In this document: piece by piece, positions 52,294-61,130 of the stretch
Position numbering within the stretch: position 1 is the stretch's first letter
Layout of the letters: the number at the start of each line of letters is the position of its first letter
Assembly: GCA_039908535.1 (NCBI GenBank)
Contig: JAMOAW010000006.1
Coordinates: 1,842-65,841, forward strand
Direction of reading: 5' to 3'
Length of the DNA: 64,000 nucleotides
Source of the DNA: Magnetococcus sp. DMHC-6
GTDB taxonomy: Bacteria; Pseudomonadota; Magnetococcia; Magnetococcales; JADFZT01
Notes under the pieces: model-generated
Told to the model about the DNA's origin: nothing
The model's database searches: none
The model's input: only the letters and a program-made list of their open reading frames with translations
Made by a program: the position numbers and the translations under genes

Positions 52294-52765
52294 AGAGAGA
52301 TCACCTTAAAGAAAAGAGTCTATGATCACCAGCACACAAAACAAAGCATGCTAAAATTTTATAAAGCATAAAACTTGTACCCAAAAAAGAGTCACTAAAA
52401 AATTAAAATTGATCTATGTCAATTTACAAAAATCACTCTATTCTTATCTACACTCCTCAAAACTATTAAAATCTTTACAGGATCACGTGAATGGAAAAAA
52501 CGATACAATAAGTTACATTAATCAATCATAAAAAACATATAAATATCAATCATTTAATAAATAAAAAATTACAATTATGTCTTGCCTATAAAAAAAAATC
52601 CTAAAAAAAAAATCAACGTAACGGCCAATTTTTCCTTTGACATTTTACATCAAAAAGGTCAAATTTTACATTATTAATAAATTACAAAAGAACGCATTGT
52701 TCACCAAATCTGTGTAAAATCTTTTTTTGTGGAAAAACCTATCAAAAATGAATGGAGGAAAAGGT

Positions 52766-53470
52766 ATGCGACACCAAGGTAAGAGAATGATATGGATGTT
52801 TATATCAGGATTGGCGTTATTCGGATATACAGGTTATGCGGTATCCCAAACCAATACGGCACCCGTAGATGAGAAAAAATCAGAATTCGTAGCATCCGTT
52901 GATCCAAAACAAATTCAACACGGAAAAATGCTCTACACTGAAAACTGCCAAGTATGCCACCAAGAAGAAGGAAAAGGCAAACCCGGTGTCGCCCCATCCC
53001 TCACCAATAAAGAACTCCTCACGGCGGCTTCCGACGAATTTCTTCTCTCGACCATTCGCGATGGTCGTGCTGAAACCCCCATGCCTGCTTGGGGAGAGAC
53101 GCTTAAACAAGAAGAAATACAAGATATTATCTCCTATTTGCGCAGCTATTCCAAAGGCCCAATGGTTGCCAATATGTTAGATAAAGATCATACGGCTATG
53201 GGTGACCCACGCCTTGGGAAACGGTGGTTTGCCCAAATCTGCGCCGGTTGCCACGGCCCCAACGGCGAAGGATATGAAGGTTCTGGTTCTGGTACCGCCA
53301 TTGGTAAATCTGGATTCCTCAACAAGGCAACCGATGGATTCATCCGTTATATCATCCAAAATGGCCGCTCCAATACCTCCATGCGCGGTTTCTCTGGTGC
53401 AGAGGGATTGGCTCATTTAAATGACCAGGAAATTGATGATATTATTTCATATCTGCGCATCCTCCAATAA
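52766..53470 (+). CDS. Diheme class I (c4-like) cytochrome c, secreted
   Basis: GGAGG precedes ATG 52766 and a signal peptide follows. There are two CxxCH motifs (CQVCH, CAGCH), each followed by a MP(A)W / MRGF Met-ligand region, indicating an internally duplicated domain. Confidence 0.8.
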   Translation: MRHQGKRMIWMFISGLALFGYTGYAVSQTNTAPVDEKKSEFVASVDPKQIQHGKMLYTENCQVCHQEEGKGKPGVAPSLTNKELLTAASDEFLLSTIRDGRAETPMPAWGETLKQEEIQDIISYLRSYSKGPMVANMLDKDHTAMGDPRLGKRWFAQICAGCHGPNGEGYEGSGSGTAIGKSGFLNKATDGFIRYIIQNGRSNTSMRGFSGAEGLAHLNDQEIDDIISYLRILQ

Positions 53471-53535
53471 CGGATCGTCGCGTCAAATACGGAAACCTAA
53501 GGTTATCTTTATATTCGTAAGGCAAGGAGAACATA

Positions 53536-56271
53536 ATGAAGCGTGATCGCATGAGTTTAGGCCGTCGGGCCTTTTTAAAAGGCAGTGGTGCCATGGTTGT
53601 TGCTGGTACAGCTGGCACAAGTCTTATGATGAATAACCCTGAATTGGTCGCCGCCGAAGCCCCGGCCACCAATGTCAAAGATGTCAAATCCTCAACCAGT
53701 AAAACCTCTTATGCCGCTTGCCCCTATTGTGGTGTTGGCTGCGGGACCATCATCCAGACCGAAAATGGCAAAATCACCTCCATGCAACCAGACCGGGATC
53801 ACCCGACGAACAAAGGTCTACAGTGCATCAAAGGACTCACCGCTGCCGAACCTATCTATGTGGACCGTCTCGAAGGGGATTGCTACGTCCGTAAAGATGT
53901 CTGGGCCGAATGGAAAAAACCCGGTCATGGCGATATTGAATATGTCTCGAAGACCAAAGGGGCCTTTGATGAGGAACTCTGGGATCGGGTTCCCTATGAA
54001 GATGCTGGCAATATGATCGCTGAAAAAGTCGCCCACTTTGCCAAAAAATATTCCGGCAACTCCATTGGCTTGTATGGTTCTGGTCAGTTAACCCTGGAAG
54101 GCCAATATCTGGAAAATCTATTTCTCAAGGGTGTTTTGGGTTCCAACACCATTGAGGCCAATGCCCGTATGTGCATGACCTCGGCGGTAACGGCCTATTT
54201 TGCCACTCTAGGTTCTGACACCCCCCCCTTGTGTTACGAAGACCTGGAACTGTGCGATATGATTATGCATTTCGGTCACAACCCACGGGAAGCCCATCCC
54301 ATTGTCTTCTGGCGGATTGCCGACCATAAAAAACGCATGGACATTCCCACTGTCGTCGTGGACCCAAGACGTACCGGTACGGTCCAAGGTTATTCTGACA
54401 TCAATGCCAAGAATACCGTTCATGTCCCGATTCTCAATGGTGACATCGCCTTTCTAAACGCCATTGCCCACGTTTTGCTCAAGGATCATCCCGATGTCAT
54501 TGATTGGGATTTCATGAAAGAGAACACCAAAGACTGGGAAGAGTACACCAAGGGAGTTGCTGAAAAATATAGCCCCGAGCAGGTTCAACAATTTATGGGC
54601 GGGGTCAATCACCCAGTTCCCCCTGAACTCATCCGTCACGTTGCAGGACTTTTTGCCGATGCCACTCGCAAACGGTTGGCACGTAAAAAAGCTGGTCAAC
54701 CCGAACAAGGCGGTGTCATTATTATGTGGGGTATTGGCTATAACCAACACATCCACGGTCAACACAACGTCATCTCCATTATCAACCTGCTCTCCATGAC
54801 AGGCAATCTGGCCAAACCCGGCTGCGGTCCTTTCTCAATGACTGGACAACCCAATGCCATGGGCGAACGCTTAACGGGTGGTCTGACGGGTCGTCTCCCC
54901 TTTAATATCGGCCTGGACAACGAAAAACATCTCTCCCATATGGCCGCAGCCTGGAATGTTCCAGAAGATAATCTCAAAACATCTGCCAAGGCGCAAAATC
55001 CCGGTTTTGCTGTAGGAATGATGGAGCGGGCCCAAAAAGGCGATGTCAAGGCCATGTTCCTAATCTACGCCACCCACATTGATCTACCCGATACCCATAA
55101 CTTGGTACGCCCGGCCTTGAACAAGGCCTTTGTCATCGCACAAGAGATCTATCGTCACGCCCCCAACAATCTCTATGCCGATGTCATTTTACCCGCTGCC
55201 ACTTGGGGTGAAGTGCAGGGAGTCTATATCAACTCTGAACGCCGACTCCATGTAATAGACAAAGCGGCCCAGGCTCCCAAAGGATGCAAACCAGATTTGG
55301 ACATGGTCATCGACAAAGGCCGCCATATTGCCACTCTTTTAGGCATGGATGGCGAAAAAATCTTCCCATGGAAACGGGATCCCGCAACGGGCGAATACAA
55401 CGCGGCAGAAATCTTTGAAGCCTTCATTCTCGCCTCTAAAGGGACCGATAGCGACCTGACAGGCATGTTGGAAGTACAGAAAAAAGATGGTCTGACCCCT
55501 TATGATCAAATCCGCAGCATTGACGGCAAAGACAGAGGGATGCAGTGGCCCGCTCCCAACTATGAAATTGCCAAAGCTGGAGGCACCAAACGCCGTTATA
55601 TGAATCAAGAAGGGTGGGCCGAAAGACCCTACGGAATGTTCCGCAAACCAGATGGCAAAATGCAGTTTAAACTGTGCCATATGGACTATTCCAATCGGGT
55701 GGAACTCACCAACAAGCTCATGGAGTTTGGGCGTAAAGATGGCGACAAAAACCTGTTCACCATTGACAACCTCGACCTCATGAAAGAGGCTCGTGACAAA
55801 GCCATGACCCCGGATCTACCCGATGAAGATTTTCGCAACCAGGCTTGGCATGCGGTCCCAAAAGACAAATATCCCATGTGGTTGGGCCTTGGCGTGGTCT
55901 ACGAGCATTTTCATACGGCCAAATCCAATCGTAGCCCCACCACCCGCCGTCTGGTTCCAGAACAGTATGTGGAAATGCATCCAGATGACGCCAAAGAGAT
56001 GGGCATCAAAGACGGCGATTTAATCAACCTGATCACCCGTCGTGGCCAATTCCAAGCCCGTGCCCAGGTGGGTACCAATAGCCTTGTCAAACCAGCCCGT
56101 AACAGCGTCCCCAGAGGCTATCTCTTCAGCCCCTGGAACCTCTCCGTGGCCGATAGTGCCGATCCCAAAAAGAATAAATGGCTGGTCAATGGGACGTCAA
56201 GCCGTATTTGGGATACCGTGTCGGGTCAGGTAGACTTTAAAAAGCTGGCCTGCCGGGTCGAAAAAGCGTAA
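53536..56271 (+). CDS. Tat-exported molybdopterin (Mo/W-bisPGD) oxidoreductase catalytic subunit, NapA-like but divergent
   Basis: The twin-arginine motif is LGRRAFLKGSG. The N-terminal 4Fe-4S motif is CPYCGVGCG-x27-C. The candidate Mo ligand Cys lies in ANARMCMTSAV, at the position of NapA ARHCMASAV. The C-terminal barrel domain carries TRRGQFQARAQV...FSPW. At 911 aa it is longer than the ~830 aa I recall for NapA. Confidence 0.8.
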   Translation: MKRDRMSLGRRAFLKGSGAMVVAGTAGTSLMMNNPELVAAEAPATNVKDVKSSTSKTSYAACPYCGVGCGTIIQTENGKITSMQPDRDHPTNKGLQCIKGLTAAEPIYVDRLEGDCYVRKDVWAEWKKPGHGDIEYVSKTKGAFDEELWDRVPYEDAGNMIAEKVAHFAKKYSGNSIGLYGSGQLTLEGQYLENLFLKGVLGSNTIEANARMCMTSAVTAYFATLGSDTPPLCYEDLELCDMIMHFGHNPREAHPIVFWRIADHKKRMDIPTVVVDPRRTGTVQGYSDINAKNTVHVPILNGDIAFLNAIAHVLLKDHPDVIDWDFMKENTKDWEEYTKGVAEKYSPEQVQQFMGGVNHPVPPELIRHVAGLFADATRKRLARKKAGQPEQGGVIIMWGIGYNQHIHGQHNVISIINLLSMTGNLAKPGCGPFSMTGQPNAMGERLTGGLTGRLPFNIGLDNEKHLSHMAAAWNVPEDNLKTSAKAQNPGFAVGMMERAQKGDVKAMFLIYATHIDLPDTHNLVRPALNKAFVIAQEIYRHAPNNLYADVILPAATWGEVQGVYINSERRLHVIDKAAQAPKGCKPDLDMVIDKGRHIATLLGMDGEKIFPWKRDPATGEYNAAEIFEAFILASKGTDSDLTGMLEVQKKDGLTPYDQIRSIDGKDRGMQWPAPNYEIAKAGGTKRRYMNQEGWAERPYGMFRKPDGKMQFKLCHMDYSNRVELTNKLMEFGRKDGDKNLFTIDNLDLMKEARDKAMTPDLPDEDFRNQAWHAVPKDKYPMWLGLGVVYEHFHTAKSNRSPTTRRLVPEQYVEMHPDDAKEMGIKDGDLINLITRRGQFQARAQVGTNSLVKPARNSVPRGYLFSPWNLSVADSADPKKNKWLVNGTSSRIWDTVSGQVDFKKLACRVEKA

Positions 56272-56298
56272 AGAGTATCTTATCACTCCAATTTAGTT

Positions 56299-56335
56299 TT
56301 ATCGGACTGGATCTTCTCAAGATCCAGTCCGATAA
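56299..56335 (+). promoter_or_regulatory. Perfect 17-bp stem / 3-nt loop intercistronic hairpin
   Basis: The sequence is TTATCGGACTGGATCTTctcAAGATCCAGTCCGATAA. It lies between the molybdoenzyme stop (56271) and the next start (56361), and no U-tract follows. Confidence 0.6.
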
Positions 56336-56360
56336 ACACAGTTAAAGGAGTTCGTTCTCT

Positions 56361-56954
56361 GTGTTTAGACGTAGCTTCTTAAAGGCGTTAGGTGTTCTTG
56401 TTATCACTGCTGCTGGGACCGCCTCTCCTCTCCACGCCAGACCAACGGCTGAATATCGTTTACGATTTTTACGTCCTCCAGGTGCGGATAAAGACGATCA
56501 ATTTCTCACCCAGTGTATTCGTTGCGGACAATGCGGCCAAATCTGCCCCAATCAAGCCATTCGTTATTTTAATCTGGAAAACGGGCTGGCCTCGTTGGAT
56601 ACACCGCATATCATTCCTCGAGAGCAAGCCTGTATTTTATGTATGAAGTGTGGCGAAATCTGCCCTTCGGGGGCCATCCCTAAAATTCCCAGGGAAGCAG
56701 AAGCCATTCTCACTCATGTCCGCATGGGCATGGCTGTAGTGGATCAAAATCTATGCCTCTCTTACCAAGGAAAAACGTGTGGTGTTTGTTACCGAGCCTG
56801 CCCTCTGCAAGGTGTCGCCCTTAAAGTAGGCATGTTAGAACAACCCTCCGTTACCAATCAATGTGTCGGTTGTGGATTATGTGAACGCTCCTGCATTCAA
56901 ATGCCACAGGCGATACGTATTTTTCCAATGCGGCAGGATGCCGCTACCGTCTGA
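56361..56954 (+). CDS. Tat-exported 4x[4Fe-4S] ferredoxin, NapG/MauM-like (copy 1)
   Basis: GTG start after AAGGAG. The Tat motif is RRSFLKALG. LRPPGA is present. There are four Cys clusters (CIRCGQCGQICP, CILCMKCGEICP, C..YQGKTCGVCYRACP, CVGCGLCERSC). Confidence 0.75.
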   Translation: MFRRSFLKALGVLVITAAGTASPLHARPTAEYRLRFLRPPGADKDDQFLTQCIRCGQCGQICPNQAIRYFNLENGLASLDTPHIIPREQACILCMKCGEICPSGAIPKIPREAEAILTHVRMGMAVVDQNLCLSYQGKTCGVCYRACPLQGVALKVGMLEQPSVTNQCVGCGLCERSCIQMPQAIRIFPMRQDAATV

Positions 56955-56976
56955 CCTTTTTAAAATAGGTTTTTTC

Positions 56977-57993
56977 ATGAACTTACATACCCCGCCGCCA
57001 GCTTTTTTCTTTTTAAAACATATCAATAAATTCCGTTGGCTCACGTTAACGCTGGTCTTTGGTCTGTTAATTGCTTTGCCCTACATCAGCTTGTATCAAA
57101 ATTTTCGGGCGGCGCATGCCTATGATTTTTTACCTCCAAGCGATGTCCGTATTTATGATGCGGTGGAATGGTTGACGGCTCCCTTTATTCACACCCATGA
57201 GGCCTCTGAACTCAATGCCATCAAGGGGAACACCTGGTCGGGAACTCTTTTCGGTCTAAAGTTGAGCGATCCCTTAACCTTAGTCAGCCAAATGGCCACC
57301 CAACTTCAGGTCTACTGGCCATTAATCCTCACAGTCTTGCTGCCAATCGGACTGACGGTGTTATTTGGTCGATTTTATTGTGGCTGGATCTGCCCGGCTA
57401 CTTTTCTTTATGAACTTTTCGATAAATTACGTCTTTTGCTGCTGCGCTCTGGCATACCTTTAGGTGCGGTACGGTTGGATTTACGCTTAAAATATTTGGT
57501 CTTGGCCATTGGAATCGCGTTATCGACCGCGCTTGGCACGGTGGTTTTTTCAGCCATTTATCCCCCGGCCATTATTGGACGAGAGTTACAATATTGGATT
57601 ACAGTTAACAGTATTGGGGCCGGGAGTACATTTTTTGCGGTGACCCTTTTGTTTGATCTTTTGGTTTCAAGACGTGGTTTTTGTCGTTATTTATGCCCAG
57701 GAGGTGCCCTTTACTCCCTTTTGGGACGCTATCGACTGTTGCGCATCCAGCGTTTACCGAACCATTGCAACGATTGCACCCTGTGCAACCGTGAATGCCA
57801 ATTTGGTCTCAAGCCCATGCGAGATGAATTTGGTCAGGAGTGCAACAACTGTACCGCCTGTATCGCGGTCTGTCCTACGCAAGCCTTGACTTTTAAAATC
57901 ACCCCCAAAGATCAATCCTACCAGGGCCATGGTCATCTTGGTCCCGCTTATAAACGGACACAAGTGACGATGGACAAGGAAAAGGTGAACTAA
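56977..57993 (+). CDS. NapH-like membrane quinol-dehydrogenase-type iron-sulfur protein
   Basis: Four predicted TM helices. Two CxxxCP motifs are present (FYCGWICPATF, FCRYLCPGGALY). There are two C-terminal 4Fe-4S motifs (CNDCTLCNRECQ, CNNCTACIAVCP). The start is placed at ATG 56977. Confidence 0.75.
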   Translation: MNLHTPPPAFFFLKHINKFRWLTLTLVFGLLIALPYISLYQNFRAAHAYDFLPPSDVRIYDAVEWLTAPFIHTHEASELNAIKGNTWSGTLFGLKLSDPLTLVSQMATQLQVYWPLILTVLLPIGLTVLFGRFYCGWICPATFLYELFDKLRLLLLRSGIPLGAVRLDLRLKYLVLAIGIALSTALGTVVFSAIYPPAIIGRELQYWITVNSIGAGSTFFAVTLLFDLLVSRRGFCRYLCPGGALYSLLGRYRLLRIQRLPNHCNDCTLCNRECQFGLKPMRDEFGQECNNCTACIAVCPTQALTFKITPKDQSYQGHGHLGPAYKRTQVTMDKEKVN

Positions 57994-58676
57994 TGCAACG
58001 GCGCACCTTTTTACAACAACTCATTTTTGCCAGTGCCGTTGGAGCCGGGGCCTCCACCCCTTTTGCCTTGGCGCGTCTAATGACCCCCAACGCCAACGCC
58101 GCCCCCCACACCCATTTACGTCCCCCAGGCGCCCTTCAAAATGAACAAGCTTTCATTGAGGCCTGCATCGGTTGTGGCTATTGTGGAGAGGCCTGTCCGG
58201 TTGGGGCCATTCGGTTTTATACCCGCGAGGGGGGAAATAAAATCAATACCCCTTATATCAACCCAGAGATCAAAGCCTGTACTTTGAGCGGTCACTGCAT
58301 GAAGGTGTGTCCCACCAACGCCTTGACCGAGACCCCCATCAAAGAGATCAAAATGGGTATTGCCAAAATTGATCGTTCGGGCTGTTATCCCTGGGTGGAT
58401 CGAGGCGTCTGTGGGGCCTGTGTAACGGGTTGTCCAGTTGGCAAGGAGGCCATCACCTTTGCCTTTGCCAATTTTTATCGACCCGTGGTTTTAAAAGGGT
58501 GCGTGGGGTGTGGGGTCTGCGTGGAAGTATGTCCTCATCCCAGTTTACCCATTAAAATTGTCAGTCACTTGTTGGCGGTCAATGCACCAGAAAGCATTGT
58601 TCCAGAACCCTCCTTGCCCCCAGAGATAATCGGCATTGTCGAAAAAAAGGAGACGCCTGGCCTCATGCCATTTTAA
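57993..58676 (+). CDS. Tat-exported polyferredoxin, NapG-like (copy 2)
   Basis: The start overlaps the preceding stop (TAATG). The Tat motif is QRRTFLQQL. LRPPGA is present. The Cys clusters are CIGCGYCGEACP, C..SGHCMKVCP, CGACVTGCP and CVGCGVCVEVCP. Confidence 0.7.
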   Translation: MQRRTFLQQLIFASAVGAGASTPFALARLMTPNANAAPHTHLRPPGALQNEQAFIEACIGCGYCGEACPVGAIRFYTREGGNKINTPYINPEIKACTLSGHCMKVCPTNALTETPIKEIKMGIAKIDRSGCYPWVDRGVCGACVTGCPVGKEAITFAFANFYRPVVLKGCVGCGVCVEVCPHPSLPIKIVSHLLAVNAPESIVPEPSLPPEIIGIVEKKETPGLMPF

Positions 58677-58726
58677 TCTTTCTAAAAAAGAGTTATTTTA
58701 ACTTTTACCCTCTTTTATTCAGGAGT

Positions 58727-58949
58727 GTAACCGTTCAGCGAAGTAAAATTTTACATTAATTAAAACTCAATGATTTATTGCTTTGGCGTAACATATATTA
58801 ATAAAAAAAAGGGGTCTGGGGAATTGCCCCCAGGGTTTTGCTTTTGACTTTGCTTTTGACTTCGGTTTTGCTTTCTTCAAATAGCAGGGGGGTTGGGGGA
58901 TGCAATCCCCCAAGGTCTTGTTTTTGATTTTTTTTATCTAAACGGTTAC
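58727..58949 (+). mobile_element. Family-2 MITE-like element (with 50-bp internal extra segment) flanked by perfect 8-bp direct repeat TCAGGAGT
   Basis: The left TIR is GTAACCGTTCA (58727-58737) and the right TIR is AACGGTTAC (58941-58949). The flanking TCAGGAGT lies at 58719-58726 and 58950-58957. The core is >85% similar by eye to 44840-45018. A second gtaac at 58788 marks the point where the similarity resumes. Confidence 0.7.
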
Positions 58950-58968
58950 TCAGGAGTTTGGTCCATTC

Positions 58969-59568
58969 ATGGCGCGCACTCTTTTTATATTACTCTTTAT
59001 CGTCATGCTCCAACTTCTTGTTGGTCTCTCCCCCGCCCTTGCCCACCACATATTGGGTCGTCCTGCGTATCACTTTGGAGAAGATTCTTCTACCCCTCCG
59101 TCCATTTCATTGGAGACGCAAATTGGCCAGTATGTGGTCAATGTCATGGTCTTTCCCGCCTTTCCAAAACCTGGAGAGGAGAGTCGGATCAAATTTTACG
59201 CCATCCATTTAAAAACGAAAGAGACGCTCAGCGTTCCGATCCAATTTCTCATTCGGGACGATGTATGGTTTGGTGATAAACGTTTGGAAAGTCTGGGAGA
59301 GCAACGCCCCATTGACGGCATTTATCGTCAATCTGTTATTTTTAAAGAAGAGGCCAATTATATTCTTACCGCCCAATTTGAGGCCCTCAACGAACCCTAT
59401 ACGATTGATATTCCGTTGACCATTGGCAATCCCACCTCTTCCTGGCCGCTTTTTATTGCCGCTGGGGTGGTGGGGGGGATGCTTCTTTTACTCGTATGGC
59501 ACAAAAAACGACGCCGCCGCCACCAACCTCTTGCCTCTATGGACACCGATTTAACGGAACCTAGCTGA
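58969..59568 (+). CDS. Periplasmic beta-rich protein with C-terminal TM anchor; predicted mature N-terminus His-His
   Basis: The signal peptide ends ...LSPALA|HHILGRP. About 150 aa of alternating beta-like segments follow. The TM helix is LFIAAGVVGGMLLLLVW, followed by KKRRRRH. No family was recognised by eye. Confidence 0.5.
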   Translation: MARTLFILLFIVMLQLLVGLSPALAHHILGRPAYHFGEDSSTPPSISLETQIGQYVVNVMVFPAFPKPGEESRIKFYAIHLKTKETLSVPIQFLIRDDVWFGDKRLESLGEQRPIDGIYRQSVIFKEEANYILTAQFEALNEPYTIDIPLTIGNPTSSWPLFIAAGVVGGMLLLLVWHKKRRRRHQPLASMDTDLTEPS

Positions 59569-61130
59569 TGCCAGGGGAACCCTCCATATTGGATCTCTCT
59601 TTTTGTCCTCCCCCTGATGGTTCTCTGACCATGATTCACCGAGGACTCCCCTCAGGATGGGCTTTTATTGTCGTTGTCGGCGTATTTGTTTTATGTACGC
59701 TGACCCTCATGCAAAAAAAATCCACTTCCCCAAAAAACCATTTTTTTTATCTACTCCGCATTCCCATCTTCGGTCCCCTCGTAGCGAGGTTAACCGCCTC
59801 TCCCTGGCCACTGGTCGGATTAAGAGGGATAACCGTTTTTTTCTTGCTTCTAGTGATTGCCACGGGGTTATGGGGAACCCCTTTTCCAGAACGCAATTTT
59901 GCCACCACCTTGACTTGGACCTTTTGGTGGACGTTGGTAATTATTTCGGTTTTTTTTATCGGAACCGCTTGGTGCGCCATCTGCCCGTGGGATGCCATTG
60001 GGGTATGGTTGACGCGGCGTAAACTCTGGGGGCGAGGGGCGGAAGAGGATGGCTTTAACCTGCGCCTGCCGCAATTTTTGCGCTCGGTCTGGCCAGCTCT
60101 TCTGATGTTAACCGGTTTAACTTGGCTAGAGTTGGGATTTGGGGTGACGGTCCATCCCGCCTCCACGGCCATTTTGGCTTTGATCATGGTGGTGTTGACC
60201 ATGGTTTCGTTGGCTCTTTTTGAACGCAAATCTTTCTGCCGCTATCTCTGTCCGGTGGGGCGCACCCTTGGATTTTACGCCCAACTCGCCCCTTTAGAGT
60301 TGCGTCCCCTGGATCAGGAACGTTGCCAAATCTGTACCACCTTAGAGTGTTACCACGGTTCTCAAACAATTGAACCCTGCCCGACCTTTTTAACCATGGG
60401 TCGCTTTGGGCAAAACACCTATTGCCTCTCCTGCGGATCTTGTGTCTTGAGTTGTCCCCACGCCAACATCTCCTGGCGTTTGCGCCCCATGGCTGCTGAA
60501 GCCAAAAGCGGTGCCCGCCCCCACCCAGATGAGGCTTGGTTTATGGTGGTTCTCCTCGCCCTCACGACCTTTCATGGCATCACCATGATGCCTATGTGGG
60601 AGGATTTTTTACGCGCTACCGCCCCCTACCTCAAAGATTCCGGCAAACTGTTGCTCTCGTTCAGTTTGGGAATGTCTATTATTATTGGCGGGACGGTAGC
60701 CCTTTACCTGTTGACGGTGGCCTGGAGCCGTTGGTGGAGTGGCGTTGCTTGGCTGCGTCTATTCACTGGATTTTCCTTCGCCACTTTGCCAGTAGCCTTT
60801 GCCTACCATTTGGCCCATAATCTTAACCATCTGCTGCGCGAAGGGAGTGGATTTACCGAAGTTCTTCTAAATCCCTTTGGAACAAACGTTCTCCCCATGA
60901 CCCCTCTGCTGCGCCATATGCGCATGAAAGAGATGTGGATACCCGAATCTTGGGTGTTTGCCCTGCAGGCGATGCTCCTATTGTGGGGATTTTGGATGGC
61001 GACAGAGATCGTTCAACACCGATTGGAAGGAATCCAAGGCTGGAAGCGTCTGCCCATGCTCATTTTTCTGGCTGGGTTTACCGGATTAAACCTCTGGATA
61101 GTGATGCAAGATATGGTCATGAGATTATAA
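59568..61130 (+). CDS. Polytopic membrane iron-sulfur protein, paralogue of 34691-37018 (NapH/CcoG-like)
   Basis: The start overlaps the preceding stop (TGATG). The motifs are WCAICPWD, FCRYLCPVGR, CQICTTLEC and CLSCGSCVLSCP. There are about 10 TM segments. Confidence 0.7.
   Translation: MPGEPSILDLSFCPPPDGSLTMIHRGLPSGWAFIVVVGVFVLCTLTLMQKKSTSPKNHFFYLLRIPIFGPLVARLTASPWPLVGLRGITVFFLLLVIATGLWGTPFPERNFATTLTWTFWWTLVIISVFFIGTAWCAICPWDAIGVWLTRRKLWGRGAEEDGFNLRLPQFLRSVWPALLMLTGLTWLELGFGVTVHPASTAILALIMVVLTMVSLALFERKSFCRYLCPVGRTLGFYAQLAPLELRPLDQERCQICTTLECYHGSQTIEPCPTFLTMGRFGQNTYCLSCGSCVLSCPHANISWRLRPMAAEAKSGARPHPDEAWFMVVLLALTTFHGITMMPMWEDFLRATAPYLKDSGKLLLSFSLGMSIIIGGTVALYLLTVAWSRWWSGVAWLRLFTGFSFATLPVAFAYHLAHNLNHLLREGSGFTEVLLNPFGTNVLPMTPLLRHMRMKEMWIPESWVFALQAMLLLWGFWMATEIVQHRLEGIQGWKRLPMLIFLAGFTGLNLWIVMQDMVMRL

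Noticed and set aside
52637-52655. FNR/CRP-type site TTGAC-N7-ATCAA upstream of the molybdoenzyme cluster
   Set aside because: The half-sites resemble TTGAT/ATCAA, but the spacer is 7 nt instead of the canonical 4, so it is not a credible FNR box.
53536-56271. Calling the molybdoenzyme simply napA
   Set aside because: The architecture and Cys-ligand context fit NapA-like enzymes. However, the size, the missing napB/napD and the unusual partners make a confident substrate assignment impossible without phylogeny, so the gene symbol is left blank.
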